The translations under genes and the position numbers were made by a program. DNA of 64,000 nucleotides from Octopus vulgaris. Lineage: Eukaryota. Under the pieces are notes generated by a model that searched no databases, was not told where the DNA came from, and was given only the letters and a program-made list of their open reading frames with translations. Below, piece by piece: positions 12,595-27,060 of the stretch. Numbering within the stretch: position 1 is the first letter of the stretch; each line of letters opens with the position of its first letter. The DNA is taken from positions 38,006,001-38,070,000 of the forward strand of contig OX597820.1 in assembly GCA_951406725.2 (NCBI GenBank), given 5' to 3'.

Positions 12595-15500
12595 TACATA
12601 TGAAAATATTAAAAAAAAAATGCTGCTAATACATCTACTGAGTTAAAGCTCAGTAGATGTAATTCTTCTTATATTTAAAAAAAAATATTTAGTACAGCAC
12701 TTTAAAATTTTCAAAACAGAACTTTCACCTACAGTCTGATGCTTTAATGGTTGTAGCTTTATATTCCATTAATTAATTTTGTGATTAGAAATTCGGAAAT
12801 AGAAGCAAGTGGTTTTGGTGTTTTATTTTAAAATTAATAATTAATTAAATACTTCTGTTTATACATTCATTCGGAATATCGTTGTTATTTGTCTCGGGAT
12901 TATTTAAAAAAATTTACAATCAGAAATATTTATTTTTGTTTATATCTAATATTAATTTTTAAAATATTAACTTTTGCTTTAGTAGAACAAATTCATTTTT
13001 ATAATTAATAATCGATTTTAAAATTTCCTGTTTGCTTTAGCTTTCATTTGAATGCAAATCTTTCATCCTGAATTTTCACTTATACATACAATGCGCTTTT
13101 CTTTTACTCAAACTTTCATGACATACATCATCAAGTTTCTCTTATTCGTTCATTTGTAATGGCTATTTTCTTGTGTTTTTTTTTCAAACTACTGTTGTTG
13201 TTTGCCTCTGCATTCTCTTCAATATACATATTTGTAGCTAAATTTTGACATTTTACGAAGAAATTCATATCAATCGACGCACTGACAGCCTTCGCCCCTC
13301 ACAACTCTCATCCCGCATTCACTGTGACCACGGGCATTGAAGATATTGGTGATTGGTATGGGAAAAGGAAGTAGAGGTAGGCAAAGGGTATATGAAGGAA
13401 AAAACCTTGAAAACGTCAGTAAAGAAATCGAACTTCTCAAATACATAACGTTGGATAGAATGCCTCGTGTATTTGTTGCAACTCACTAGAACACGTTTGA
13501 GCGTGTTTATATGAGCATATATACTTATACAAATATATACTTATGTAAATGTTTCTATAAATACATATGCGAAATGCAATTAACTAGGATTCTTTTTAAA
13601 CATAAAAGCTAACCATAGTGTTTTCTGCACATCTACGAAGCAAACAGAGTCGCTGCGTCGCATAATGGAAATGTCTGTAATGTTAATTGCTAAGTTGCTG
13701 CTGATTATACTAAAGTATTTTAAATGGCGAATGATCAATGTTTTTTCTACTACATCGTGAATCATGTATATAGTTGAGTTAGCTAAGTCGTTCAACACTA
13801 CAACTCTAAATGGAGAAATGGTAACGGTTAATTTTAAATACAACACTAGAAAAAGCGTTAACGTGATATAGATAAAATGATCATAAACTTAACAACAGAA
13901 TCTGTTGGTTTCCTAGGTTTTCAAGAAATCACTTCGTCTATATTTCTAAAGCTTCCTTACATGTGCATATTGAGGCAGACATAAGAAATTCTATAACATT
14001 AGAGAAGCAGAAACATTTCTTAGATATCAGATCTGTCTCTTGTACTTGAAATATTATAAAAGCCACAAAGTATTTGAGAGAAATTGATTGACCTTTCAGA
14101 GGACGACGACGACTTTCTCGTTGACACTGACCAAGCTTTTCATCCAAGTAAACGTCAACTAAAACATCTGCTGAATCATAACGACTAGTAGCTACAACAA
14201 CAGCATAGCTAATTAACCACTGATGTGGTACATCCCAGATTATCAAGGTCCTTGACCTTGCTAAGTTTATCACGGGTTTACTATACCACAATCAATGTGA
14301 TCTTAGAAGACTTGAAGATGGGTCGACGAACCTTGTACGAGTGAGTAATTAATTTGTGGAAGCGAACCTATATGACTAACTAACAGCCCGTAGTCATTAG
14401 TTTCAGAGAACCGCTTTGGGTTATTCTTACAGAAATGCTTAATTAAGAGAATATCTACTCTAAATTAGTGATGCTAGTGATACTAATGTTTATAACCAAT
14501 TGAAAAGTATTCCGTTATATCAAAAATATACAGAAGGATCTCAAGAAGTAAATACATATTTGCACAGATTAACGTTATATGCAATTGATTGCTAGAAAAG
14601 TTCAAAAAATTCGTTAACGCTCTCCATGTGTGCATTTTAACACACTGCCAAAAACTTCAGTGGAAAGTAAAACGAGGAATGATGCGTCGCTTTAAGCGTT
14701 CTTTATGAAAATAAATTTAATGTACAGTAGACTAACATGACAGAATATTTAAACAGGATAATTTATAATCCATCCCATAGAGAACATTTGTTCTTAGTAA
14801 ACTAGATTATTACTGCCTGATATGGTGTCCTGTTGTCCAGGTAACTACTTAACTAAAACAACCCAATGATTACATCCAAAGAAGTTTGCTTCTATGCAGT
14901 AGTTGAATTACTGGGAGATATTGAACGATTTAAGAGACTATCTTCAGATCTAATAAAATCATATGTAGTAATTTATTCCCGAAGGATTTTGGAAAATTAG
15001 CACCAAACAATAAAATTTGAGAAAATCGTTAATTTAGGACCATTAATATTCTAGCAGTTAAACTTTCTCTTTTTCTCTATGAGAGCGAAAATAATAATCT
15101 GGCATCGAAAGGATATAATGCTGAAATAATAAAAAAGCAGTATCATCTAATTCATTGCATCTATTTTAAGATGTAGTGCTTCTTGCTCTGTAGCCATTCC
15201 AACTTCATCGTAAACGAATCAATCGTTTTTTAAGACACATATTAACGCACACAAACACACAAAGACGCACACACACACGCACAGTGATACACACATACAC
15301 ACACGCTTGCACGCACACACGCACACATGCACACACACAGACATACATGCACATACATAGGATGAGTATGTAGGGATAAATTACCCATGCAGGTACCGTA
15401 AGAGCTCTCAGGTAAGAGGCACCACAGTAATTCTTCTGACGGTTAAATCCACTTTCGCTTCGCTGAATTATGAATATTTTCGGGAATGTAAATTACAAAA

Positions 15501-15809
15501 AATAGCATCAATTTTTTCCCAATGTAACAGTATATTATACAGCATAATTAGTTAGTTAATGAACTAATTATGCTGTCTAATTAACTAAGTATAATTAAAT
15601 AAGTGTATACACCGTTGGAATGAATTTTACGGTGGGTCATGTCGCAGGCAAAATCGCTTCGTAGACATGCTGTTTTAAAAACAATATATATAGGGGCAAG
15701 GAGAATACCGTTGCAGAAGTGATAGACTCACAAGAACGACGGACAAATACGTTTTGTTCACACACACAAACACACACACACGCACGCACACACACACACA
15801 CACATACAC

Positions 15810-15840
<31 letters not shown>

Positions 15841-16560
15841 CACACACACACACACGTACATATATGTGTGTGCATGGGTATCTGTGTGCTTATATATCTT
15901 CGTGACTACACGTACATGCCCGTATAGCTATTAGTGTCTTTGCGTGTATGGACAGATGAACAGATAGCCTGGCGTGTACCGTGTACAGAAATACGCATAA
16001 ATGGATTTGGAGATAGATACAGGCTGTTAGTCCACCAACAATATATACAACAAATGAAAACGGAGGAGCACCAATGCAACGCATCTGAAAGCTGTTATCT
16101 GTTTAGCTGAAAGCACAAATAAAGTATGGAAACAATAAAACTATTTACAAAAACTACACATTTTTGTAGTAATTCATCGCCACAAAGAATCACTATCACA
16201 ATTATACACACGCAGACAAACACATAGACACACACACACGCACACACACGCACAGAAATACACACACGTACACATGCACATATTCGCAGCAAGAATACGA
16301 TATCACTCATACGTTAGAAATAAATGCCTCAGATCCATGAAAGAAAAATACAAAACAAGAAACATTCCAACAAGAATATTCAAGGTAAGTCATTTGAATG
16401 GTTACCGACGCGTAGCGAAAGACTTTGCAAATCAATTAATTAAGCAAGAACAAAGAGGACTCTTCTATGGTTCTTTATTGGGAAAATAACGCTCATAAAT
16501 ATTTGTTTCAGCAGACGGTTTTTCATCAAGATTCTGGTGAAACAATTTCTTTCTCTTTTT

Positions 16561-17421
16561 CCTGGAGAACCCAAAAGTAACCGGAAACGTTCTCTGTGGG
16601 ACAAGCCGTTTGTAGTTCAGGATTCCGTCGCTAGAAGCCACTTGATGCGACCATCAGGTATCAGTCTGCCGACCGGAGTCGTCGGCTGCAGTCGTACTGT
16701 TACGTGGTGTGCCTTTGTTTTGCAGTGCTTCTCTCCTGTTCGTCGATTTTTGCGATGGCTGAAACCAAGGGACAGCGTGCTTCCGTGAAATTTTGTTTAC
16801 TGCTGGGGAAAACGGTCGCCGAAACAGTTGTCATGCTTCAAACAACTTTAAAAAACGCTGCCATGAGCAAAACAGGATTACGATTGGTTTCCGCGCTTTA
16901 AGAATTGTGATTTGCCACTTGAAGATCAATTTCATTCAGAACGACCTTCGAACTCCCGAACGAATGAAAACATGAAAATTCATGAACTGATCTTCGAGGA
17001 ACGTCACCGAAGAATTCACGAGCTTGTTGAAATGACTGTGTCCGGGAGCTCTGGCGAAACGAATTTTGAGCGAGGAATTACGAATGAAAAGTGTTACGTC
17101 TTAATTCCTCAAAGACGATCAAAAGCAGTCACAACTGAATGCGTGTCGTGAACAGAAAGAAAAGTTGGAAGCTGACCCGGACCTTTTTTCTAAGGTTATA
17201 ACTGATGACTAAAGTTGGTGCTACGGAATTTGCAGATGTGGAAGAGGTGAATAAAAAAAACGCAAGAGTGCCAGCCCGGCTTCGAATAGTGGAAGACGCG
17301 CCTGGACCGATGCATTTCTTCAAAAGGAGAATATTTTGAAGGCGGTAAGTGTAAAACATAAAACTAAGTGAATAAAATGGTATTGCAAAATTCCTATCTC
17401 TTTTGGGTACCCCTTCGTGTA
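16561..17421 (+). mobile_element. Internally deleted mariner element
   Basis: HTH region QRASVKFCLLLGKTVAET..ML, then EDQ.HSERPS.SRT.EN and KVITDD. Degenerate TIRs acccaaaag (16569) / cttttgggtaccccttcgtg|ta (17400-17421). Confidence 0.85.
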
Positions 17422-17465
17422 GATACACACATACACACACGCGCGTGCGCATTTTATCTTTTTAT

Positions 17466-17840
17466 CTTTTACTTGTTTCAGTCATTATAAAGTGGCCATG
17501 CTGGGGCACCTCCTTGAAGAATTTTTAGTCGAACGTATCGACTCCAGTACTTATGTTTTGAAGTCTGGTACTTATTCTATCGGCCTCTTTTACTGAACAA
17601 CTAAGTTATGTAAACGTAATCACAACAGCTCCGGTTGTCAAGCGGTGGGGGAGACAAACACAGATACAAAGATACACGCACACACACATATAGATATATA
17701 CGACGAAATTCTTTCAGTTTCCGTCTACTAAATTTTCTCACAAGGCTTTAGTTGGTCTGAGGCTATAGTAGAAGACACTTGATCAAAGTGCTATACCTCG
17801 GGACTGAACCCCGAACTATGCATATGCGGTTGTCTCACAT
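17466..17840 (-). mobile_element. SINE family B
   Basis: Colinear with other family B copies. Confidence 0.85.
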
Positions 17841-17953
17841 GTACGGATGTATGCTTGCATGCATGTGTGTATGTATGAATGTGTGTATGTATAAATATAT
17901 CTATATACATATGTATATATGTATATATATATATAAATATATATTTGCATGTA

Positions 17954-17994
<41 letters not shown>

Positions 17995-17995
17995 G

Positions 17996-18280
17996 TATAT
18001 AATATTAATTAGAGACAAAACCACTATTTTGTAAATCAAACAAGGAAAGACTTAATCAATACATAAAAAAATTTTAATATAAAGTAAATAAATCGCCACT
18101 ACAATTGAAGTTTAAATTGAATGGAAGATATGAAATCCACCTGATGAATGTCATTTGAAGACAGGAAACAATTGTAGTGGCGATTTATTTACTTTATATT
18201 AAAATTTTTTTATGTATTGATTAAGTCTTTCCTTGTTTGATTTACAAAATAGTGGTTTTGTCTCTAATTAATATTATATA
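17996..18280. repeat. 112-bp inverted repeat cassette between (TA)n tracts
   Basis: 17996-18107 is the reverse complement of 18169-18280, no mismatch seen by eye. Confidence 0.95.
18133..18186 (+). ncRNA. Type I hammerhead ribozyme with canonical core and minimal palindromic stem III
   Basis: ccac ctgatga a tgtc atttgaa gaca g gaaa caattg ta gtgg; predicted cleavage after GUA at 18176. Confidence 0.88.
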
Positions 18281-18565
18281 ATATTTTACTATAAAATTGG
18301 ATTCAATCCTAAATCTGATTTTTCCCTGTAAATTTGGATTTATTCCCTAATATTTTATTATATATATGTATATATATATATAGGGAGAGAGCGAGAGAGC
18401 GAGAGAGAGAGAGAAGTACTGTTTATCGCCACATGACTGTCCGACCTTACTTCTCATTCAACCCCAGGCAGAGCATCCGCCATCTCTGGTTTCAGTGCTA
18501 TTTGCACCCAGTGTATATTGCAAGCAGGGGAGCGAACTCCTACCACCTTTTTGCAAACGATGAGA

Positions 18566-18615
18566 TCGCCAGACCAAAATGGTTTCGAGCTATTTGCGCC
18601 CATTTTCAGTGGTGA
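18566..18615 (-). ncRNA. Type I hammerhead ribozyme fold (G8>A variant)
   Basis: Minus strand: tcacca ctgaaaa t gggc gcaaata gctc gaaa cca ttt tgg tc tggcga. A partial second copy lies at 18487-18510. Confidence 0.7.
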
Positions 18616-18749
18616 ACACCCAACTACTAGATATATATTTACACACACACTCACACACACATACAAAGATAGATAGATAGATTGAGGGAGAAATGTATAG
18701 ATAGCTATATACATGTATACATACATATATATGTTTGTGCGTTTATATA

Positions 18750-19130
18750 TGTTTTACAGTCATTGGACTGTTCCCATGTTGGAGCACCACCTTGAAAGGT
18801 CTAAGTCAAGCGAATTGAGTTCAGTATTTATATTTATAAATATTCTATCGGGCTTTTTCCCCGAACCGCCAGGTTACGAGAATGTAAACAAAGGCACTGG
18901 TTTTCAAGCATTGGTGGTGGGACAAACACAAACGCAGAGACACACACGCTCACATACACACAAACACACGGACAAACACGTACGCGCAAGTAATCGGGCA
19001 CACACACACATACATCTGTATGGCTGACTACTTTCAGCTTCCGTCTGCCAAATGTTTCGTCGACCCATCATCACAAAGAGCCACGTAATTCTATTAAATC
19101 ATACTTACGGCCATAAAGCTACGCCTACGC
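18750..19130 (-). mobile_element. Diverged SINE family B
   Basis: cagtcattggactg..catgttggagcacc..gaaccgc..ctttcagcttccgtctgccaaat. Confidence 0.7.
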
Positions 19131-19159
19131 CTATAGTAAAGAGTAAGTCCGTTAAAGTC

Positions 19160-19225
19160 CAATAGGGAATCGAACTAGATCGCAGGAATCAGAGTCCAGA
19201 GAACTCGGTATTCGACCATAGAAAC
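19160..19225 (-). pseudogene. tRNA-Gln(CTG)-like degenerate sequence
   Basis: Minus strand: gtttctatggt...ctctggactctgattcc.gcgatc.agttcgattccc, with a tRNA-Gln-like anticodon arm and T loop; D and acceptor arms are damaged. Confidence 0.6.
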
Positions 19226-19232
19226 AACTTAC

Positions 19233-19333
<101 letters not shown>

Positions 19334-19906
19334 GTCATAGACGGTCTACACTAGAGTAATTAATACTTGAACCAACCAAATTGCTTATTCCAACGGAACC
19401 GAACCCCCTTACAGTATCATATTGATATTTCTTTTTAATATTTGTTTCTGTTATCGATTACTAGAAAGGTCAAAAGCAGCAGCTAGAAACAAAATAACTA
19501 CGCCCTCACCATGAATCCCCCAAGAATACTCACTTTGTGTCCAAATTTGATGAATTACGTTATATATATATGGATTGATGAGTGTATGGATGGTTGGCTG
19601 GCTGGCTAGATGGATGGATGAATGTACGGACGTATGTGTGTGCGTGTGCTTGTCAGCTTAGCTTATATCGTTGTTCGTCGCATCTCAATCGAAAAACATC
19701 TTGAAATGTCAGATTCAAATAAAGAATCAGCTAGTACTATTTTTCATTTTGTTTGTTGGATTTTTTTTTTATTCTATGTCTGAAAATGTTCATATTTGTT
19801 TTTCTTTTTCCATCTTCAGATCAAAACATCGATTTATCCATTTCTTTACTTAATATATCTTGTTTTTGTTGATGGTATTGTTGTTGCTTGTTGTTGTTGT
19901 TGTTGA

Positions 19907-20010
19907 TGTTCTTCTTCTTCTTCTTCTTCTTCTTCTTCTTCTTCTTCTTCTTCTTCTTCTTCTTCTTCTTCTTCTTCTTCTTCTTCTTCTTCTTCTTCTT
20001 CTTCTTCTTC
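19907..20010. repeat. (TTC)n microsatellite
   Basis: About 34 uninterrupted units. Confidence 0.97.
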
Positions 20011-20578
20011 CATAGAACTTGTTATTCTTATTGTCGTTATATCACATGATTATTCATTTATAATATGTGTGAGTATATATATGTGTGTGTGTGTATATAT
20101 AAATACATATACACATATATATATGCATATGTATATACATGTATATGTATATATAAGGATATGTATATATATGTATGTATATATATATGTGTGTATAAAT
20201 ATGTGTATATATATATATATGTATATGTATATATATGTGTATATATGCATGTATATATATATATGTATATATGCATGTATACATATATGTATATATACAT
20301 ATTGATATTTATGTAGATATATAGCTAAATGTTTTATGTCTATATATTTTATATGTATCTGCCTATATAAACATACGTACGTATATACCTACACACACAT
20401 ATATATATATATATATACCTACATATATAGATTTTATATATATATATATATATATATATTATATCTATATATATTTATTTATGCTTGCTGTTGAGCGTCT
20501 TCTTAGAATACGCACACACACACAAACACACACACAGAACACACACACACATATATGTATGTATAATATAAATATATT

Positions 20579-20633
<55 letters not shown>

Positions 20634-21069
20634 ATGTATAGTTATATTTATATTCATACTTAGTGTCAATTGTCTTCTTACAATACATCCAGATGTTGCG
20701 ACTCTCCTTTTCTCAGAGACTTCTCTATAGAGACAAGAGTCCTAACATCGGGCAATGTTGAAGGCTATAGACAGTATGTATTGTCACTTTGTTTGTATCA
20801 GTGAATTTATTTTTATTCAGCATTACTACTATCACCTGATCGAAATTTATCTATTTAATAGATGAAACTTTCTTTATCAATTCACTGAATTTGACAGTAT
20901 AGAGTATGAGAGCCAAAAACTTCTGACACACATTCCATGGGATAACACGTGTTCTATAATGGACCATCCCATTTTTATAGTTGTTAATGTTATAATCCTA
21001 TAAAACTTGTGATATACCTCTGAGTACCTGAACGTATGCATACGTTATAAGAAGGTTTTACAGGTATTT

Positions 21070-21116
21070 AAGGCATTTTGGTTTTACTGCAAATAGCAGT
21101 GAAACCAAAATGCCTT
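21070..21116. repeat. Hairpin centred on an HHR stem II-like motif
   Basis: aaggcattttggttttactgc aaata gcagtgaaaccaaaatgcctt; shares gcaaatagc..gaaacca with the 18487-18615 motifs. Confidence 0.75.
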
Positions 21117-21603
21117 TAAATGTTTTGAAATCTCATGCCAATCTCTAACTAGAAAATATACCGTATTTTTTTAAGTCGACGTAGTACGTCGTATAAACAT
21201 CCACTGTAAACAATAAACCATTGTCACTATCTTTCCAAGTCCTGCTGTATTTCACTAAAGTTGTTATGGAGTATAAATCGATCTACTGGTTCTGTTTGTA
21301 AATTTTCATCAAAAAAGTTCGATTTGTATGCTTGAAAATATAGATACTGTTGCAATCTATTGTGGGTTTGTACAAGAAAAGTTTCTTCTTATTAACAGGT
21401 TTATTAACAAGCTATTACAAAACATATATAAATATATAAATTTGCATTTTAAATACCTTGTAAGGAAAATCATCAATGCAGAGGGCAATAAGGATTACAT
21501 TAGCATACTTTAGGAATACACAGAATATACAGAGATATTTACTATGTATATGTATGTGTGTGTGTTTACTCATGCATTAAAATTATTCTTATAATTTCAA
21601 TTC

Positions 21604-21673
21604 AATAATAATAATAATAATAATAATCATAATAATAATAATAATAATATAAATAATCATAATAATAATAATC

Positions 21674-21711
<38 letters not shown>

Positions 21712-21735
21712 GATAGCAACAACAACAATAATGAA
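21604..21735. repeat. (AAT)n microsatellite
   Basis: Direct inspection. Confidence 0.9.
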
Positions 21736-21829
21736 TGATAGATTATATTATATACGGGTAAAGTAATATAATAGATAAAAGAATGTAAAAATATAAAAAT
21801 TATATTCGTGGAATAAAACAATATAATAA

Positions 21830-24620
21830 CAAATATTGGGCTAGAAAGGATTCATAATACATTTGACATTATCATGGGATCCACGGACTCAGCCCAAGTA
21901 ACGGACATAGTGGGCATATACATTCTACATGAATTTAATAAGGAATTCCCTGAAATAATGGGCGGACTATACAGGGATAATGTGCTGTTTCTAGTTAAAA
22001 ATCCATCAAGTAGAAAATTAAAACTGTATAAGAAAAATTATTAAAAAAAAATATTAACTTTAATCTTGTAACTGGTATAAATGAACCATATCATAAGCCC
22101 AATACAAATCTAAAATATACAAATAATCTGAGTAACCATCCAAAATCAATAAAAAACACATTAATTAAAAACATAGAAACTAACTTAAGTATCATATGAT
22201 GAAGAAATCTTCTACAAAAATGCTAACTTCTATAATGATGCACTTAAAAAAGGAGTATATAAGCACAAAATAAAATATCTTAGACCTAGTAAATACATAT
22301 TTAATGTAACCTGGGCACATAAAATAATAGATAACCAAAATATAATACCGAAAAGAAATTCTAAAGCTACAAATGATAATAATATGAAGGAAGTAAGTAT
22401 AGATAAGAAAATAAGCTCCAGGATTAATGGCCAAGGTCCTAAAACGGGAAAAATAATTGCAAAAGTGTAAAAATAAATACTAAAAATAATTACAATCTCA
22501 TAAAACCTGGCACTAGAAAGGCAAAAGTCCAGTAAAACAGAAATTAATAGCATTGATATGAATATACTTGATAATTCTTATAATAATAGACATAATATAT
22601 AAAATAATGTAAGATATACTCCTTGCATAAATTCTGAAAATCATAATACGGATTATGAGTACCTTAATAAAACAAATACTTTGTGGTCCATCATCCCGTT
22701 TGCAAGTCAAATTAAAAACAGCATAGTCAAATCCATGTACCGATCAATACAGAAAAACTTAAATAAAATGAAATTATCAATTCTAAATCTATGAATGTTG
22801 GTCATTCCCTATCATAGAATTATTTTGCAATTATATCCTCAATTTATAAGAGAAAACTAGATACTCTTTATAACAACCGTAACTTTAATGAAAATGATGT
22901 TCGGGTAAATTACAATAATAGAAGACATATAGACAATATTAACTCCCTACCTAAACCTAATAATAGAAATAATGAAGATGAAAACAGCTCTATTAATAAT
23001 AACGTTGATATGAATTGTGATTGAAGGATTAAAGAAAATTGTAAACCTAACAATAATTGTTTACAAGATACCTAAGTGCCTAGTTAAATCTGAAGGGAAG
23101 GAATAACATTACATAGGTTCAACCAAACCTAGTTTTAAACGAAGAATCGCAAACCATGAAAGTTGTTTTAGAAATAGACATAGAAGTAATAATACTAGTC
23201 TCAGCAAATTTATATGGACGTTAAAGGATAATGGAAAATATTATATGATTAAATAGGAAGTTATAAGTCATGCCATGGTTTATATTTCAGACAGGAAATA
23301 CCGCCTCTGCACCGAAGAAATGTTTTAAATAATAAAGTGTAAACATAAATTATTGGATTCTCAGAACGAAAATATTTTAGCTTGTTGCCACTACTCAAAA
23401 TATGTCACTAGAAATTTTAATTAATTAGGGTGTTAATATTAAACTGTAAATTGTTAGTATAGACATGTTTCCACTACTCGTAATATGTTTTAGAAAGGAA
23501 AATCATGAGTATAAATAAGATATAAAATAAGTAGTAATAATAAAAATAAGTAGTAATAATTAAAGCATATAACATCTAAACATAAACTGATTGGCTTGGG
23601 GAAGATGCATATATTATACGTAGTGATTAACCTAAATATAATTTTAGAAAATCAAATAAATTTATTAAATAGATAATAAATATAACCAAACATAAAGTAT
23701 TCTAATTTGTTGTGATTGACCTAGATACAAGTTAGAAATTTAAATAAATTTATTAAACAGATAATAAATTAAACTTAACATAAAACATACAGAAATAGTA
23801 GAATAACTATAGCTTAATTAAAAATCAAACATAAATTAAAGTAATTGGAAATAATAAATATAAATAACATATACTATATCATAATTTTATAATGATTGAA
23901 TTTCGTTTCAATTATAAAGAGCGTGAACATTTACTGTATATCAGATAATATAACTACTTTTAATCCAAACATGGATATTAACCATGAAAGGGTACTAGAA
24001 TAAATAAAAATAAAAATAATGTATACTACAAAACATTATGTAATATGTTAATATATGCTTCATAGTAGTAATAATAATATTGAGCATTGACATTCACTAA
24101 TTAACCAAATAATATGATACATTTTGATTTTCCAAAAAAATTTAGGAAAATATAAATTAAAATTTAAGAATAATTAGTGTAACTTAACATAACTGTACTT
24201 ACAAATCTAACATAATTTAATCATAAATAACACACACAATGTTATTTCAGATTATACAAGACTTAAAAATCAGTTTAATAGTGGTGGTAATAATAAAATT
24301 AAGTATAGATCCCTATTAATAAATTGTATTATATTATACATTTTAATTTGGATAAAAAATACTATAAATTTATTAATGAAATCAATATTGATGACATAAT
24401 ACACCAAATAAATCCTCGTTATAATAATGAATGTATAGAGTAAGCCCAAATGTGAATATTAAGCACACCATCCCAACATATATCTAAACGTATAAATATA
24501 TAATCCTATATGATAACAAGTTATAAATATAATCATTAATATAATTACTTAACTAATCTTTCAACAATATACATATAAGCTTAAGACCTAATGAAGTAAC
24601 TTTAGAACGAAATACTTATA
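21830..24620 (+). mobile_element. Decayed Penelope-like retroelement (RT, GIY-YIG, AT-rich 3' region)
   Basis: IIMGSTDSAQVTDIVG, GLYRDN (YRDD-like), PYHKPN, SNHPKSI. GIY-YIG motifs YIGSTK..FKRRIANH..LSKFIWTLK..LCTEE at ~23110-23320. Degenerate ctaatga..gaaa at 24588-24612. Confidence 0.85.
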
Positions 24621-24661
24621 TACATACGCACGCGCACACACACATACCAATATATAACTAG

Positions 24662-24707
<46 letters not shown>

Positions 24708-25307
24708 CACACGCATCCACGTGTATAAACACAGAGACATGAACATACACGATCGCAAAAGTATTAAACATACTTTTGTATCTAAATATAAATGATATAT
24801 AATTAATTAACCTCTCGCCAGAATGAATACATACTTGAGAACCAATATGATTACTTAGGAAGAAAACACATACACACACACACATGTATGTAAATGTATA
24901 TAAGAACACGCACAAACAATAATTCATAATTAAAGGCGTCTATATGCATGCATTTAAGCACATTTATATAGGCACACACGTATACACGCATGAACATGGA
25001 TTTATTTCAGTTTAATTCACCTTCCTACATTCTATTCTATTTACAGTATTTTATTTTATTTCTACTTTATTTACTATATACTTACTCTATTTTTACATTT
25101 TTATTTATTATTTATTATTTGGCATTTTCCTTTCATTTTTATCTTATCTATTTCTGCTCATATATAAATTAATCTCTATACCTAAAGAAGTAAATTGGAA
25201 TGGAAGATATATACCAATGCACATACATATTTATGTACATATTGACATACATACTTGTTGCGTGTATATATGTATGTATGTATATATATATATACATGTA
25301 TTTATAC

Positions 25308-25355
<48 letters not shown>

Positions 25356-25521
25356 TTGTGTACATGTACGTGGCCGCATATACAAGCACACATGTACAAA
25401 CATAAATATAAATTTTGTTTCACCTTTACTTTATTTTATTCCATGAACATAAATTTCATCTTTCTTTTACTTTCTTTTATTCATTATATTACTTTAACCG
25501 TAGATAATATCCTTAATTGTA

Positions 25522-25704
<183 letters not shown>

Positions 25705-25989
25705 GAATTGAAATAAAAGGAAACATTTTAACGCATGCGTACACACACACTTATATATAGATACATAGTAAACATCCTTCATTATACTGTGTATTTTAAA
25801 GCATCCTAACGTAATCCTTATTATACTCTGTGCACTCTGATGATTTTCCTTACGAAGTAAAATCCCAAATTATTTATTTATATGTGTTTTGTAATTTTAA
25901 GTTTGTTTGCGAAATGAAGTAATTGTTGGTGAATATGTTGATTAATTAATAAATTAAATTGTATCCATTACGCCTCTCTGTTTTTTAAC

Positions 25990-26051
<62 letters not shown>

Positions 26052-26415
26052 CTGCTATAGAAAATTCTACCATGCACATATACTATATGGATTTCAAAAT
26101 TATATGCAGTTTTATTGCATACCTGCGCGCGCACACACATTATTTACTGAAAATATTTTTGCACCGAGATTTTAGATATCTTCTCTGTGGAGATGCCAAC
26201 CTCCATTTGTTCAGCTAGTCATCCAAAGTGTCAGGGATGAAAGTGTGACTGAGAATTAATAAATACATATTTGTACACCTCCTCATCTCTAGTGGTTTGT
26301 TGCTACTTATTTATACACACAGGCATCATTCACAGAGACACATACATGTGCATCCGTCCATCTAGTCATACATCCATCAACACACACAAACATATATATA
26401 TATATATATATATTA

Positions 26416-26630
26416 TGCGTTCACGTTACCGACCAGGCTATCATGTTACACATCACTGGTCACAATGCGGTTTTGCATTGTTTTAGCCTTCAAATGATGC
26501 CACCCCGCTGTCTAAGCGTGTTGGCTGACCATCACCCCTAATCGAGAGGGGTTTGGAAGAATGTAAAATGATGTGTTTTGCTCAAGAACACAATGCGCCG
26601 CGTAGTCAAGGAAACGAACCCACGACTTGG
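26416..26630 (-). mobile_element. SINE family C (diverged)
   Basis: Reverse complement matches the 3' body of 26764-27060 (cattcaaaggctaaaacaatgc..gtgaccag..ctggtcggt.acgtga). Confidence 0.8.
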
Positions 26631-26638
26631 GCATCGTT

Positions 26639-26757
<119 letters not shown>

Positions 26758-26763
26758 GTGTGT

Positions 26764-27060
26764 GGAGGCGCAATGGCCCAGTAGTTAGAGCAGCGGACTC
26801 CTGGTCGTAGGATCGCGGTTTCGATTCCCAGACCGGGCGTTGTGAGTGTTTATTGAGCGAAAACAACTAAAAGCTCCACGACGCTCCGGCAGGCGGGGGT
26901 GATCTCTACTGTACTCTTTCACCACTCTTTCACCCACTCTTTCTTCTGTTGGCCTGCTCGCTTAGCCAGCGGGGTTGCGTCATTCAAAGGCTAAAACAAT
27001 GCGAATGCATTGTGACCAGCGATGTGTAACAACATCTGATGGTCTGGTCGGTCACGTGAT
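26764..27060 (+). mobile_element. SINE family C
   Basis: tRNA-like head ggaggcgcaatggcccagtagttag..ggtttcgattccc (A/B boxes). Confidence 0.9.

Noticed and set aside
13250-15230. Two kb of non-repetitive, possibly once-coding sequence
   Set aside because: No recognisable motif in any frame I read; needs a frameshift-aware homology search.
25831-25926. ctgatga ... gaaatgaagta hammerhead-like boxes
   Set aside because: Stems II and III do not pair convincingly.
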